From: an uncultured Acidobacteriota bacterium | GTDB taxonomy: Bacteria > Acidobacteriota > Vicinamibacteria > Vicinamibacterales > Fen-181 | DNA length: 64,000 nucleotides | Direction of reading: 5' to 3' | Assembly (NCBI GenBank): GCA_963844875.1 | Contig: CAWJPZ010000005.1 | Span: 24,681 to 88,680, forward strand | Shown: in pieces, positions 9,643-19,397 of the stretch | Layout of the letters: each line of letters opens with the position of its first letter | Numbering within the stretch: the first letter of the stretch is position 1 | Position numbers and translations under genes: made by a program | Notes under the pieces: generated by a model | What the model was told of the DNA's origin: nothing | Seen by the model: the letters and a program-made list of their open reading frames with translations, nothing else | Databases searched by the model: none

Positions 9643-10620
9643 TCACTGGCCCGGTATCAAGACGATCTTCCCGTGCGCTCCCGGCGCCATCACCGCCTCG
9701 TGGGCCAGCCGTGCGTCGGCGAGCGGGAACCGGCGGCCGACGATCGGCCGCAGCGTCCCGCTTCGCAGGCCGGCGCCAATCGCCGCGTGAATCTCCAGCA
9801 TGTCGCCGGCGGTTGCGTTGAACAGGATCATCCCCCGGATGTCGGCGTCTCGGGCCATCGCCTGCCGCGCGTCGATCTCGACCGTTCCCCGGTTGCCGAT
9901 CACGACGACCCGCCCGTGCGGGGCGAGGAGGCCGAGGTCGGTATTGAGATTCACGTTGGCGAGCATCTCGAGGATGACGTCGAACCCGCGGCCGCCTGTC
10001 GCCGCCATCATCCCCGCGGCGTAGCCCGGCGCCGCGTGGCTGAAGACCGCGGCCGCGCCCTCCGTCCTGGCGAGATTCAGGCCCTCGGCGGTTCCCGCCG
10101 TAGCGAAGACGACCGTGCCGGCCGCGCGCGCGAGTTGGATGGCGGCCGTGCCGACGCCGCCGCTGCCGCCGTGCACGAGGACCGTCTCGCCCGGTCGTGC
10201 CTGGGCCCGCTGGAAGAGCCCGCGGTAGGCTGTCCCATAGGGAACGCCAACCCCGGCCCCTTGCTCGAACGAGACCGCGTCGGGGAGCGGGTAGACCTGC
10301 GTGGGGGTGCAGACGGCGAGTTCCGCGTACGCGCCGTACGGACCCGCGATGGTGCCGGTGATGTAGACCCGGTCGCCGGGCGCGATGCCCGCGACCTCAC
10401 GTCCGACGGCTTCCACGGTGCCTGCCGCGTCCGCGCCGGGCGTGAACGGGAGCGCCGGCTTTCGCGCGTAGGCCCCCTTCCTGATGTAGGTTTCGACCGG
10501 GTTCACGCCGACCGCGCGAACCCGCACGAGCACCTGCCCGGGCCCGGCTGCCGGGTCGGGAACATCTTCGAACCGCAGCACGCCGGGCTCGCCGAATTCA
10601 TGGACCACGATCGCCTTCAC
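9643..10620 (-). CDS. NADPH:quinone oxidoreductase / zeta-crystallin-type medium-chain dehydrogenase
   Basis: VKAIVVHEFGEPGVLRFEDVPDP...VLVHGGSGGVGTAAIQLA. GTG start at 10620 with a GCAAGGAGGAC ribosome-binding site. Confidence 0.8.
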   Translation of the reverse strand: MKAIVVHEFGEPGVLRFEDVPDPAAGPGQVLVRVRAVGVNPVETYIRKGAYARKPALPFTPGADAAGTVEAVGREVAGIAPGDRVYITGTIAGPYGAYAELAVCTPTQVYPLPDAVSFEQGAGVGVPYGTAYRGLFQRAQARPGETVLVHGGSGGVGTAAIQLARAAGTVVFATAGTAEGLNLARTEGAAAVFSHAAPGYAAGMMAATGGRGFDVILEMLANVNLNTDLGLLAPHGRVVVIGNRGTVEIDARQAMARDADIRGMILFNATAGDMLEIHAAIGAGLRSGTLRPIVGRRFPLADARLAHEAVMAPGAHGKIVLIPGQ

Positions 10621-10881
10621 ACGTCCTCCTTGCCGCACCGGGCTTGCAGGCCTGCGTCGCCCGGGCACTGGTTGTATTGTTTCACGACTGCCGTCCCGGC
10701 TTGGAACCGGCGAGAAACCTCAAGAAAACGGCGGCTGATGTAGAAGTTACCCGTCCCGCCGCGCGGTCCGCCCGCGTCGGGTCGCGGACGCGCCCGCCGA
10801 TCGTCCGATTGCGGCCTGAAACGCGCCGTTTTCCGGCTGGCCTCCCTCTTGCCTTGTCCGGGCAAAGGAGTGTGGCACAGC

Positions 10882-11187
10882 ATGGTCCCGCAGAACGCCG
10901 TCATCGTCTGGCAGCTGTTTGGGTTCGTGGAGGAGGTGGACTGCTACTTCGTGCGGAGTCCCCGCGACTTCACGCTCACCGTCGAACGCGCCGGCGAGCG
11001 GCTGGCGGAAGAGCGTTATTCGAGCCTTCACGAGACGATCGCCCGGGCGCGCGAGATGAAGCGCGACCTCATGGACGTAGGATTCAAGGCGGTCCCGCTC
11101 GCAGAGACGGAACCCGGCCTGGAGTCGCTGCTCCGGCAATTCGTGCGTGAAGGCACCACGCACCTCCACGCCGTCCCCGGCGCCTGA
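10882..11187 (+). CDS. Hypothetical protein (about 101 aa)
   Basis: Third-position GC is very high throughout, and AAGGAG lies upstream. I recognise no family. The start is uncertain (10849 or 10882). Confidence 0.45.
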   Translation: MVPQNAVIVWQLFGFVEEVDCYFVRSPRDFTLTVERAGERLAEERYSSLHETIARAREMKRDLMDVGFKAVPLAETEPGLESLLRQFVREGTTHLHAVPGA

Positions 11188-11215
11188 TCTCCTTTCGCTG
11201 CCGGGGCCGATTCGC

Positions 11216-11221
11216 TATGAT
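11216..11221 (+). promoter_or_regulatory. Candidate -10 box TATGAT, 6 nt before the ATG (possible leaderless mRNA)
   Basis: TATGATgcgggcATG. There is no Shine-Dalgarno sequence between the hexamer and start 11228. Confidence 0.3.
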
Positions 11222-11227
11222 GCGGGC

Positions 11228-12230
11228 ATGACGCCCGCCACCCCGCTCACCCCGCTCACCCCGAAGACCCTGATGGACCTGGCGACCGCGTTTCAGCGGA
11301 GCCGCCCCCTCCTGACCGCATTCGAACTCGGCCTGTTCACCGCGATCAACGGCGAGGAGCGCACCTCCGCGGAAGTGGCGGAGGCGCTCGGCACCGACCC
11401 GCGGGCCACGGACCGCCTGATGAACGCGCTGGCGGCCATCGGCCTGCTCGAGAAGAGCGACGGTCGGTTCCGCAACACCGCCGTGGCCGAATCGCACCTC
11501 GTCAAGGGGCGCCCCGACTACATGGGCGGCCTCGGGCACACCAATCACCTGTGGGACACCTGGAGCCGGCTGACGGAGGTCGTGCGCGAAGGGCATCCCG
11601 TCGGCCTGGCGGACACCAACGACCGCGGCGACGACTGGCTGCGCCCGTTCATCGCCGCCATGCACACCCGCGGCCGCCAGTCGGCAGCCGAGGTCGTCGG
11701 CTTGCTGAATCTCGACCGCGTGTCGCGTGTCCTGGACGTGGGCGGCGGGTCCGGGGTCTACGCGATGGCTTTCGCGCGCGCCGGGCGGGGCATTTCCGCG
11801 GTGGTGTTCGACCTGCCGAACGTGATCCCCCTCACGCGCATGTACGTCGCGCAGGAGGGGCTGTCGGCCGAAGTGACCACGGCCGCGGGCGACTACCTGG
11901 CCGCTCCGCTCGGCGAGGCGCTTCGACCTCGTCTTCATGTCCGCGGTGATCCACAGCAACGCGGTCGATGACAACCGGCTGCTCTTCAAGAAGGCGGCGC
12001 AGGCGCTGAATCCCGGGGGGCAACTCGTCGTCCAGGATTTCCTCATGACCGAGGAGCGCGACGGCCCGCTCATGCCCGCGCTGTTCGCGCTGAACATGCT
12101 GGTGGGGACGCCCGAGGGAGACACGTTCACCGAGTCCGAGGTGCGGACGTGGATGCTCGATTCCGGCTTCGAATCGATCGAACGCACGGACACGAGCTTC
12201 GGCACGAGCCTCATCGTCGGGCGGCGGTAG
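11228..12230 (+). pseudogene. Class I SAM-dependent O-methyltransferase (dimerisation domain plus Methyltransf_2 type); one frameshift
   Basis: It has an N-terminal winged-helix dimerisation region and the SAM motif VLDVGGGSGVYA. The frame changes near 11908-11915 (...LGEA|FDLVFMSAVIHS...), joining ORFs 11147..11971 and 11937..12230. Confidence 0.75.
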
Positions 12231-12240
12231 CAGGGGACCC

Positions 12241-12504
12241 ATGGAGCCCGGAGCGCTCTGGCAGCACGCCTCGGAGATCCTGCGTGGGATGGCCCTCGCG
12301 CGCCACGAACGGCAGGTGCGTGCGGAGGCGATCGAACTCCAGGACCTCTTCCTGCTGCTCTGTTTCATGGACGTGATGGGGCTGCCGAACCCGGCAGCCC
12401 TCTACCTGGTGGACCTGTACCCCTACCTGCTCGAGGAGTTCCACCTCTGGCACCGCAGGATGGGCGTCGACAGGTCGCCGCTCGCGACCTTCTCCTGCTG
12501 CTGA
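12241..12504 (+). CDS. Small conserved-looking protein ending in Cys-Cys-stop
   Basis: 87 aa with high GC3, ending ...SPLATFSCC*. It lies 3 nt upstream of the ArsA-like ATPase. I recall an NCBI family name of this kind ('cory-CC-star'), but cannot verify it here. Confidence 0.55.
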   Translation: MEPGALWQHASEILRGMALARHERQVRAEAIELQDLFLLLCFMDVMGLPNPAALYLVDLYPYLLEEFHLWHRRMGVDRSPLATFSCC

Positions 12505-12507
12505 ACC

Positions 12508-13476
12508 GTGCGTCACCTCCTGTCCCGGCACATCCTGTTCTTCGGCGGCAAGGGCGGCGTCGGAAAGACAACGTGCGCGGCGGCGTTCGCGCTGGCGGCC
12601 AGCCGGATGGGCCGTCGCGTCCTGCTCGTCTCGACAGACCCGGCGCACTCGACGTCCGACGTCCTTGGCGTCGAGCTCTCGGCCGGCGAGCGCGAGATCC
12701 TGCCCGGCCTGTTCGGGGTCGAGGTGGACGCCGACACCGAAGCGCGGCGCTACCTGGACGAGGCGAAGGAGCGGATGGCAGGCCTCTTCAGCCCGGGGGT
12801 GTTGAAGGAGGCCGCACGCCAGATCGAACTCACCGCCGCCATGCCGGGGGTGGCCGACGTGGCGCTCTTCGACCGGATGTCGCGGTTGATCGCCGCCGAC
12901 GCCAGCCGTTACGACCTGGTGGTGTTCGACACGGCCCCGACCGGCCATGCCCTGCGCCTGCTGCGGATGCCCGAGCTGATGGGCACCTGGGTCCAGGCGC
13001 TGTCGGCCCGGCGGCGCGAGTCGCACGCGCACGCGGCGGACGGAACGGGCGGGCTCGCCGACCCGGGGCCTGCCGGCAATCAGCGCGACCCGGTCCTGGA
13101 GATACTGGAGGCGCGTATGGCCCGCCTGTCGGCCGTTCGCACCGAGTTGACGGCCGGGGACCGGGTGGCCTTCGTGCTCGTTCTGATCCCCGAGAAGCTC
13201 CCGATCGAAGAATCGGCGCGGGCCGCGCACGCGCTGGCGGAGGCCAACATCCACCTGGGGGCCATCATCGTCAACCGTGTGCTGCCCGACGAAGCGGAGG
13301 GCAGCTACTTCGAGGCGCGGAAGGCCCAGGAGCGGGTGCACCTGGCCGAGATCGACCGTCGGCTGCCCGCCGTGGCGCGGGTGTTCGTCCCGCAACTCGA
13401 ATCCGACGTGAGCGGATTCGCCAGCCTGGAGCGGATCGGCCGGTTCCTTGTGGATGAATCGGCGGGCGACAGGTAG
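12508..13476 (+). CDS. ArsA/Get3 family ATPase (single-domain, 322 aa)
   Basis: It has the deviant Walker A GGKGGVGKTT and the signature DTAPTGHALRLL, with a GTG start. Confidence 0.85.
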   Translation: MRHLLSRHILFFGGKGGVGKTTCAAAFALAASRMGRRVLLVSTDPAHSTSDVLGVELSAGEREILPGLFGVEVDADTEARRYLDEAKERMAGLFSPGVLKEAARQIELTAAMPGVADVALFDRMSRLIAADASRYDLVVFDTAPTGHALRLLRMPELMGTWVQALSARRRESHAHAADGTGGLADPGPAGNQRDPVLEILEARMARLSAVRTELTAGDRVAFVLVLIPEKLPIEESARAAHALAEANIHLGAIIVNRVLPDEAEGSYFEARKAQERVHLAEIDRRLPAVARVFVPQLESDVSGFASLERIGRFLVDESAGDR

Positions 13477-13479
13477 AAT
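13474..13479 (+). promoter_or_regulatory. Candidate -10 box TAGAAT upstream of argR
   Basis: aggTAGAATacg lies 29 nt before ATG 13509 and overlaps the stop codon of the ArsA-like gene. Confidence 0.3.
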
Positions 13480-13508
13480 ACGCGGCGAGTGCGACGTTCG
13501 AGGGTCGA

Positions 13509-13962
13509 ATGACGAAGACACGGCGACAGACATTGATTCTCGAACTGGTGGACCACGAGGAGATCACCAGCCAGGAGGTGCTGCAGCGGCGGCTGCGCAC
13601 CCGCGGCGTCCATGCCACTCAGGCCACGCTCTCCCGCGACCTCAAGGAACTCGGGCTCGTGAAGCGCGCCGGCGACGGCGCCTACAGCCGGCCGGGCCAG
13701 GATTCGCCCAACGTACGAACTCGCTCTCGTGCAGTTGCAGCGTGTGGCGGTGCGCTCGCTCACCCGAACCGCCCGGGTGGACCAACTCGTGGTCCTCCGG
13801 ACTCCCCCCGGTGAAGCCCAGCACCTCGCGCTGGCCATCGACCGCACGGCATTCCCCGAAGTGGTCGGGACGATCGCGGGCGACGACACGGTCCTCGTGA
13901 TCGCGGGCGGCAGCAGGGAAGCGGCCGCCTTCCTCGAACAGCTCGAGAAACTCACGCGCTGA
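13509..13962 (+). pseudogene. argR: Arginine repressor ArgR; one frameshift
   Basis: The N-terminal winged helix is [31 protein letters not shown]. The C-terminal oligomerisation domain (...[19 protein letters not shown]...[12 protein letters not shown]) is in another frame, with a shift at a CCC run near 13707-13712. Confidence 0.85.
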
Positions 13963-14020
13963 ACGACATTCGCACTCGCCCCCTCTTGCGGCGGCTGCGG
14001 AGGGCCGCGGATGTAATAGT

Positions 14021-14047
14021 TATGCATTAGACTGCATAATGATGCGA
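14021..14047. promoter_or_regulatory. Candidate ArgR operator (ARG-box-like 18-bp palindrome TATGCA-N6-TGCATA plus ATGCGA)
   Basis: TATGCATTAGACTGCATAATGATGCGA ends 39 nt upstream of argG. The arms are perfect inverted 6-mers, and it overlaps a CATAAT -10-like hexamer. Confidence 0.55.
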
Positions 14048-14085
14048 GGCGGCGGCCGCCTGTCGCCGTCCGAGGGGGAGACGAG

Positions 14086-15381
14086 ATGGAACGTATCGTG
14101 TTGGTGTACTCCGGGGGGCTGGACACGTCGGTCGCCATCCCATGGCTGGCCGAGACTTACGGGGCCGAGGTCGTCGCGGTCACGATGGACCTTGGCCAGG
14201 GCGAGAACCTCGACTCGGCGCGGGACCGCGCGCTGGCGACCGGCGCGGTCAACGCGTACGTGATCGACGTCCAGCAGGAGTTCGCGCAGGACTACATCCT
14301 CCCCGCGCTCCAGGCCGGCGCCATCTACGAAGACAAGTACCCGCTGGCGACGGCGCTCGGGCGGCCGCTCATTGCCAAGAAGCTCGTCGAGATCGCGCAC
14401 ATCGAGCACGCCACCGCCATCGCGCACGGCTGCACCGGCAAGGGGAACGACCAGGTGCGCCTCGACGTGTCCGCGCGTGCGCTCGACCCGGGGATCAAGG
14501 TCTACGCCCCGGCCCGGGTGTGGGGCATGACGCGGGCCGACGAGATCGAATACGCGCGCGTGCGCGGCATCTCGGTCCCGGTGACGAAGGAGAGCCCGTA
14601 CAGCACCGACGAGAACCTGTGGGGCCGATCGATCGAGTGCGGCGTCCTCGAGGACCCCTGGGAAGAGGCGCCGGAAGACGCCTACTCGCTCACCCGGTCG
14701 GGGGCGGACTGTCCCGACCTGCCCGCCTACCTCGAGTTGGCGTTCGAGGCGGGAGTTCCGACCGAGGTGAACGGCGTGCCGATGCCGCTCACCGAGCTGA
14801 TCGACAGCGTCGCCACCATCGCGGGCGTGCACGGCGTCGGGCGGATCGACATGGTCGAGAACCGGCTGGTCGGGATCAAGTCGCGCGAGATCTACGAGAC
14901 CCCGGCCGCGGTCGTCCTGCATGCCGCCCATCGGGAACTCGAGGCGCTGGTCACCCCGAAGGACCTCATCCGGCTGAAGCGCGAACTGGGCATCAAGTAC
15001 GCCGACCTGGTTTACAACGGCCTCTGGTTCAGCCCCATGCGGCAGGCCATCGATGCCTTCGTGGCCACGATGCAGCCGCAGGTCACCGGGCAGGTCCGGC
15101 TGCGCCTCTTCAAGGGGGAGTGCCGGGTGGTCGGGCGGCGATCGCCCTTCGCCCTCTACGACCATTCGCTGGCGACCTACGACAAGGGCGACGCGTTCGA
15201 CCACACCGCGGCCGAAGGCTTCATCAAGTTGTGGGGGTTGCCGGTCGAAACGGTGGCGCGTCAATCCGCGAAGCTGGGGTCCGCCAGCCCCATGTCGCGC
15301 GCAGCGGTCGCCGTTGGCGTGACGCGCGCGGCCGCCGGTCACCCGAGGGCGGCGGTGGTCGCCGACTGGGTCGGGCTCTAA
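14086..15381 (+). CDS. argG: Argininosuccinate synthase
   Basis: MERIVLVYSGGLDTSV is the ATP-PPase motif, and the protein is ArgG-like throughout. The last ~35 aa (low-complexity, Ala/Gly/Val-rich) look atypical, so the true stop may be earlier. Confidence 0.9.
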   Translation: MERIVLVYSGGLDTSVAIPWLAETYGAEVVAVTMDLGQGENLDSARDRALATGAVNAYVIDVQQEFAQDYILPALQAGAIYEDKYPLATALGRPLIAKKLVEIAHIEHATAIAHGCTGKGNDQVRLDVSARALDPGIKVYAPARVWGMTRADEIEYARVRGISVPVTKESPYSTDENLWGRSIECGVLEDPWEEAPEDAYSLTRSGADCPDLPAYLELAFEAGVPTEVNGVPMPLTELIDSVATIAGVHGVGRIDMVENRLVGIKSREIYETPAAVVLHAAHRELEALVTPKDLIRLKRELGIKYADLVYNGLWFSPMRQAIDAFVATMQPQVTGQVRLRLFKGECRVVGRRSPFALYDHSLATYDKGDAFDHTAAEGFIKLWGLPVETVARQSAKLGSASPMSRAAVAVGVTRAAAGHPRAAVVADWVGL

Positions 15382-15388
15382 CCGCCGT

Positions 15389-16817
15389 ATGGCCAACTTG
15401 TGGTCCGGCCGGTTCGGCAGCGAGCCCGATCGAGACGTCTTCGAGTTCGGACGGTCTTTCCCGTTCGACCGGCGCCTCTTCGAGGACGACGTGCGCGGCA
15501 GCCTCGCCTGGGTGGAGGCGATTGCCGAAGCCGGGGCGATCGAGCCGGCGGACGCCCGCGCGATTGCCGAGGGGCTGCGCGGGATCCTCGACGACGGCTT
15601 GCGGTCGCCCGGCTTCCTCGAGGGCGACGACGAGGACGTTCACGCGTTCGTCGAGCGGAAGCTCGTCGAGCGGGTGGGAGAGGTGGGGAAGCGGCTCCAC
15701 ACCGGCCGCTCGCGCAACGAGCAGGTCTCGGTGGACCTGCGGCTGTACCTGAAGCGCCGCATCCCGGCCATCCAGGCCCGGCTCGTCGCCCTCGCCGCCG
15801 CCCTGGCCGGGCAGGCGGGATCGGCCGGCGACGCCACGATGCCGGCTTATACGCACCTCCGGCGTGCCCAGCCGGTCCTGGTAGCGCATTTCTGGCTCGC
15901 GCACGCCGCTGCCCTGCGGCGCGACGACGACATGTTCTCGTTCGCGGGCTCCACCGCCGACGCGCTGCCGCTCGGCTCCGGGGCGGTAGCCGGCACGAGT
16001 TACGCGCTCGACGTAAAGGTCGCTCGCCCGCCGCCTCGGGTTCTCGCACATCGCCCTGAACAGCATCGACGCGTCGTCGGATCGCGACTTCGTCTCGGTG
16101 TTCCTCCACGCGTGCTCGCTGGCGATGGTGCATCTCAGCCGGCTGTCGGAGGACCTCGTCATCTTCACCGGAGAGGAGTTCCGCTTCTTCGAGCTCTCGG
16201 ACGCGGTTTCAACCGGCAGCAGCCTGATGCCGCAGAAGAAGAACCCCGACCCGCTGGAGTTGATCCGCGGCAAGGCGGGCCGCGTGATCGGCCGCCACAC
16301 CGGCTGGCTGACGACGATGAAGGGGCTGCCGGCGGGGTACAACAAGGACCTCCAGGAAGACAAGGAGGCCGTGTTCGACGCCGAAGCGACGGTGGGCGCG
16401 TCGCTCACCGCCATGGCGACGATCGTGGCCGGGCTGCGGCTGGACGAAGCGCGGGCGCACGCCTGGTCGTCCGGGCTTCTGCTGGCCACGGACGTGGCGG
16501 AGTACCTCGTTGCGCGCGGGATGCCGTTCCGCACGGCCCACGAGACGGTGGGAGCGATGGTCCGTCGGCTGGCGGAGGACGGCCGCGACTTCCAGTCCTT
16601 GTCGGCGGCGGAGTGGGCCTCGTTCAGCCCGCTGTTCCAGCCGAGCGTCGTCCAGGCCGTCACGCCCGCCGCCGCCGTGGCGGCCCGCCGGACGCCGCAG
16701 TCGACGAACCCGGATGCTGTTGCAGCGGCGCTGGCCGAACTTCGCGGGTGGGTCACCGCCCGCTCGGCCGGCTCGCCCGCCAAACCGGCCGGCGACCAGG
16801 GGCCGGCCGGTTCCTGA
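15389..16817 (+). pseudogene. argH: Argininosuccinate lyase; one frameshift
   Basis: It has MANLWSGRFG... and the fumarate-lyase signature GSSLMPQKKNPD. The frame changes near 16016-16022 (...YALDVKV|LARRLGFSHIALNSIDASSDRDFVSVFLHACS...). Confidence 0.9.
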
Positions 16818-16819
16818 AC

Positions 16820-16846
16820 CATGCAGGCCTGTGCATAGATATGCGA
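16820..16846. promoter_or_regulatory. Second copy of the ARG-box-like motif
   Basis: CATGCAGGCCTGTGCATAGATATGCGA has the same block spacing as 14021-14047 (ATGCA-N6-TGCATA-N3-ATGCGA; 18 of 27 positions identical). It ends 32 nt before ATG 16878. Confidence 0.4.
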
Positions 16847-16877
16847 TCCGCCCCGGCGAGGCGGGCGAGGAGACACC

Positions 16878-17105
16878 ATGAGCGATCGGCCCTCCGCGGT
16901 GAACGGGAAGCGCAACAAGTCGTGGGGCACCACCGTCGTCTGCCCGGCGTGCGGACAGTGCCTGTGCTTCGGGTGCCATCCGGCCGGTCCCTGCGTGGAC
17001 GAGAACGCAGGCGACCCGGCCAGCTCCTCCTGCGAGGCCAGACCATTCCACGTCGGCCGCACCTCGAGGTCATCGGCGTCTGGGTGGTACGCGGAGGCTC
17101 GCTGA
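16878..17105 (+). CDS. Small Cys-rich hypothetical protein (75 aa)
   Basis: A strong ribosome-binding site GAGGAG lies 6 nt before the ATG, and GC3 is very high. It carries the motif CPACGQCLCFGCHPAGPC. I recognise no family. Confidence 0.5.
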   Translation: MSDRPSAVNGKRNKSWGTTVVCPACGQCLCFGCHPAGPCVDENAGDPASSSCEARPFHVGRTSRSSASGWYAEAR

Positions 17106-17145
17106 CCGCCAACAGTTGAGCCTAGAACAATGGGCTGTCCGCGAC

Positions 17146-17151
17146 TATGAT
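17146..17151 (+). promoter_or_regulatory. Candidate -10 box TATGAT, 7 nt before ATG 17159 (possible leaderless start of the MFS gene)
   Basis: TATGATgtcgcgcATGGCC. If this is real, the MFS protein starts MAHSSSAP at 17159 rather than 17147. Confidence 0.25.
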
Positions 17152-18412
17152 GTCGCGCATGGCCCATTCCTCGTCCGCGCCAGCCGTCGCCCTGCCGACC
17201 CGGTTTCCCGTACGCACGTGGCTGATCTCGCTCGCCGGGTGGATGTTCGACTTCTACGACCTGGTGTTGTTCTCCTTCCTGCTCGTGCCGATCGGCAACG
17301 AGTTGAAGATGACAACCGCCGAAGAGGCGACGCTGCTCGGCGTGGCGCTTGGCGGTTCGGGGATCGGGGGGATCATCTTCGGGTACCTCTCCGACCGCTA
17401 CGGCCGGCGCAACGTGATGACGTGGACGATCCTGCTCTACTCGATCGGCACCGGCCTCACGGGGTTCGCCACGGGGTTCTGGTCGATCCTGGGGTTCCGC
17501 CTGCTGACCGGGCTTGGTGTGGGCGGGGAGTGGGCGGTGGGGCACGCGCTGCTCGCCGAATCGTCACCGAAACACATGCGGGGGCGCGCGTCGGCGATGC
17601 TCCAGGCGGGCGAGCCGATGGGCGTCGGCCTCGCCGCGGTGATGGGCTTCGTCGTCGCGCCGATCATCGGCTGGCGCGCCGTGTTCTTCGTCTCTGCGGC
17701 CTCGGCGCTCATCGCGTTCGTCGTCCGCAAGCACCTGCCCGAGTCGAACCTCTGGGAGAAGCAGCGCGAGGCGCACCTGTCGCCCGCGGAAGCGCTTGCG
17801 CACATCGTCCGCTACCGCCTGGTGGGGGTGACGCTCAAGGGCTTCGTGCTCGCCGTGCTGAAGCTGGGGACCTACTGGACCTGTTACACCTGGCTGCCCA
17901 AGTTCCTCCAGACGCAGATGCACCAGCCCATCGGACGCTCGGTGCTGTGGATGCTGACCGCGCAGCTGGGGCAGTTCACCGGGATGCTGCTCTTCGGCTA
18001 CCTCGCGGATCGGTACGGGCGCCGGCTCCTCTTCACGCTGTATTCCGTCCTCACGGCGGCGTCGATCTTCCCCCTCGCTTTTTACTGGCAGGAGCTGCTG
18101 CCGCACCCTGTCCTGTTCTGGGGCTGCTTCCTGGGCCTCGGGCTCGGTTCTGGATGCACCGCCGGCTTTGGCGCGCTGCTCGCCGAGCTGTTCCCGACCG
18201 ACATCCGCAACTTCGCGATGGGGACCACGTACAACACCGCGCGCGGCATGCAGTTCTTCGCACCGTTCGTGGTGAGTTACTTCGTCGCCACGCACGGGAT
18301 GGCCGGCGGCCTCGCGGTCCCGCTGGTACTGGCGCTGTGCACGGCCATGTGGGTGTGGACGCTTCCCGAGACCCGGCACCGGAACCTGGCGGAGATAGGG
18401 AAGGGCCGCTGA
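17147..18412 (+). CDS. MFS transporter
   Basis: 421 aa with 12 predicted TM segments and the MFS loop motif GYLSDRYGRRNVM, repeated as GYLADRYGRRLLF in the second half. Confidence 0.85.
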   Translation: MMSRMAHSSSAPAVALPTRFPVRTWLISLAGWMFDFYDLVLFSFLLVPIGNELKMTTAEEATLLGVALGGSGIGGIIFGYLSDRYGRRNVMTWTILLYSIGTGLTGFATGFWSILGFRLLTGLGVGGEWAVGHALLAESSPKHMRGRASAMLQAGEPMGVGLAAVMGFVVAPIIGWRAVFFVSAASALIAFVVRKHLPESNLWEKQREAHLSPAEALAHIVRYRLVGVTLKGFVLAVLKLGTYWTCYTWLPKFLQTQMHQPIGRSVLWMLTAQLGQFTGMLLFGYLADRYGRRLLFTLYSVLTAASIFPLAFYWQELLPHPVLFWGCFLGLGLGSGCTAGFGALLAELFPTDIRNFAMGTTYNTARGMQFFAPFVVSYFVATHGMAGGLAVPLVLALCTAMWVWTLPETRHRNLAEIGKGR

Positions 18413-18506
18413 CCTCAACGAACGAGCCCGGGCCCGCGACCTGCGGCCCGTGGCCTGCCGCGGTGCCGGGCGAATCTCGCCGCGTAGGGCCCGCCCGGGA
18501 GGATGA

Positions 18507-19397
18507 TTGGTGTTGACCCGTGCCGCCGGTGTGGTTGCTGCCTGCGTGGGATTGGTCGTCCCCGCGGCCCCACAACAGCCGCCGACCTTCCGGAGCGGCG
18601 TGACCACCGTCCGGGTAGACGTGCTCGTGTCGAATGCGGGGCGGCCGGTCACCGGCCTGGCGGCCGCAGACTTTGAAGTGCGGGACAACGGCGTCCCTCA
18701 GACCATCGAGGCCACGAGCGAATCGGGAGGCGTGGATCTCGGCCTCGTTCTCGACGCCAGCGGCAGCCTGGCCGGCGACCGCCTGCGAGAGCTGGTCGAC
18801 GCGGCTGACGGTGTGCTCGAAGATCTTCGGCCCGGCGACAGGGCTGCCATCCTGGCGTTCAACCAGTCGGTACAACTGTTATGCCCGCCGACCGGCAACT
18901 TCGCGTCGGCCAGGCAATCGCTCGGGCGGTTGCGCGGTCAGGGGACGACGGCGCTCTATGACGCGGTTGGCAGCGCCGTCTTCCTACTGAGGCAGGATGC
19001 GACCAGGCCGGTGCTCATCGTGTTGAGCGACGGCCTGGACAACTCCAGCTGGTTGTCCCCGGAGCAGGTGTCCGACATGCTCGGGCGGGCAGAGGTGGTC
19101 GTGTACATCGTGTCGCCGCGTTGGCGGCCCGGGCCCGACCCGGGCGCCGCCGATGCCCGAGCCGCTCTCGGACACTTGGCCGCCCAGAGCGGCGGGACGG
19201 TGATGGAGGCCACCACTGCCGGCCTGCGACCGACGTTCCTGCACGTGCTCGAGGAGTTCAGGAGCCGCTATCTCCTGTCGTTCGTGCCGTCTGGCGTCGC
19301 GACCGGTGATGGCTGGCATTCGCTGCAGGTCAAGGTGAAGTCGCGGTCGGCCAGGGTGAAGGCGCGACCGCGGTACTTCTCGGGTGCGAACCGATGA
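18507..19397 (+). CDS. Secreted VWA domain protein (Acidobacteria-type VWFA-related family)
   Basis: It has a signal-like N-terminus, then FRSGVTTVRVDVLV...FEVRDNGVPQ and a MIDAS-like DASGS...T...SDG. The start could be 18507 or 18510. Confidence 0.75.
   Translation: MVLTRAAGVVAACVGLVVPAAPQQPPTFRSGVTTVRVDVLVSNAGRPVTGLAAADFEVRDNGVPQTIEATSESGGVDLGLVLDASGSLAGDRLRELVDAADGVLEDLRPGDRAAILAFNQSVQLLCPPTGNFASARQSLGRLRGQGTTALYDAVGSAVFLLRQDATRPVLIVLSDGLDNSSWLSPEQVSDMLGRAEVVVYIVSPRWRPGPDPGAADARAALGHLAAQSGGTVMEATTAGLRPTFLHVLEEFRSRYLLSFVPSGVATGDGWHSLQVKVKSRSARVKARPRYFSGANR

Noticed and set aside
15270-15381. A possible missed stop or frameshift at the 3' end of argG (atypical ~35-aa Ala/Gly/Val-rich tail)
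   Set aside because: It cannot be resolved from sequence alone. No alternative frame gives a clearly better C-terminus, and the ORF as read ends 7 nt before argH. It is recorded only as a caveat.
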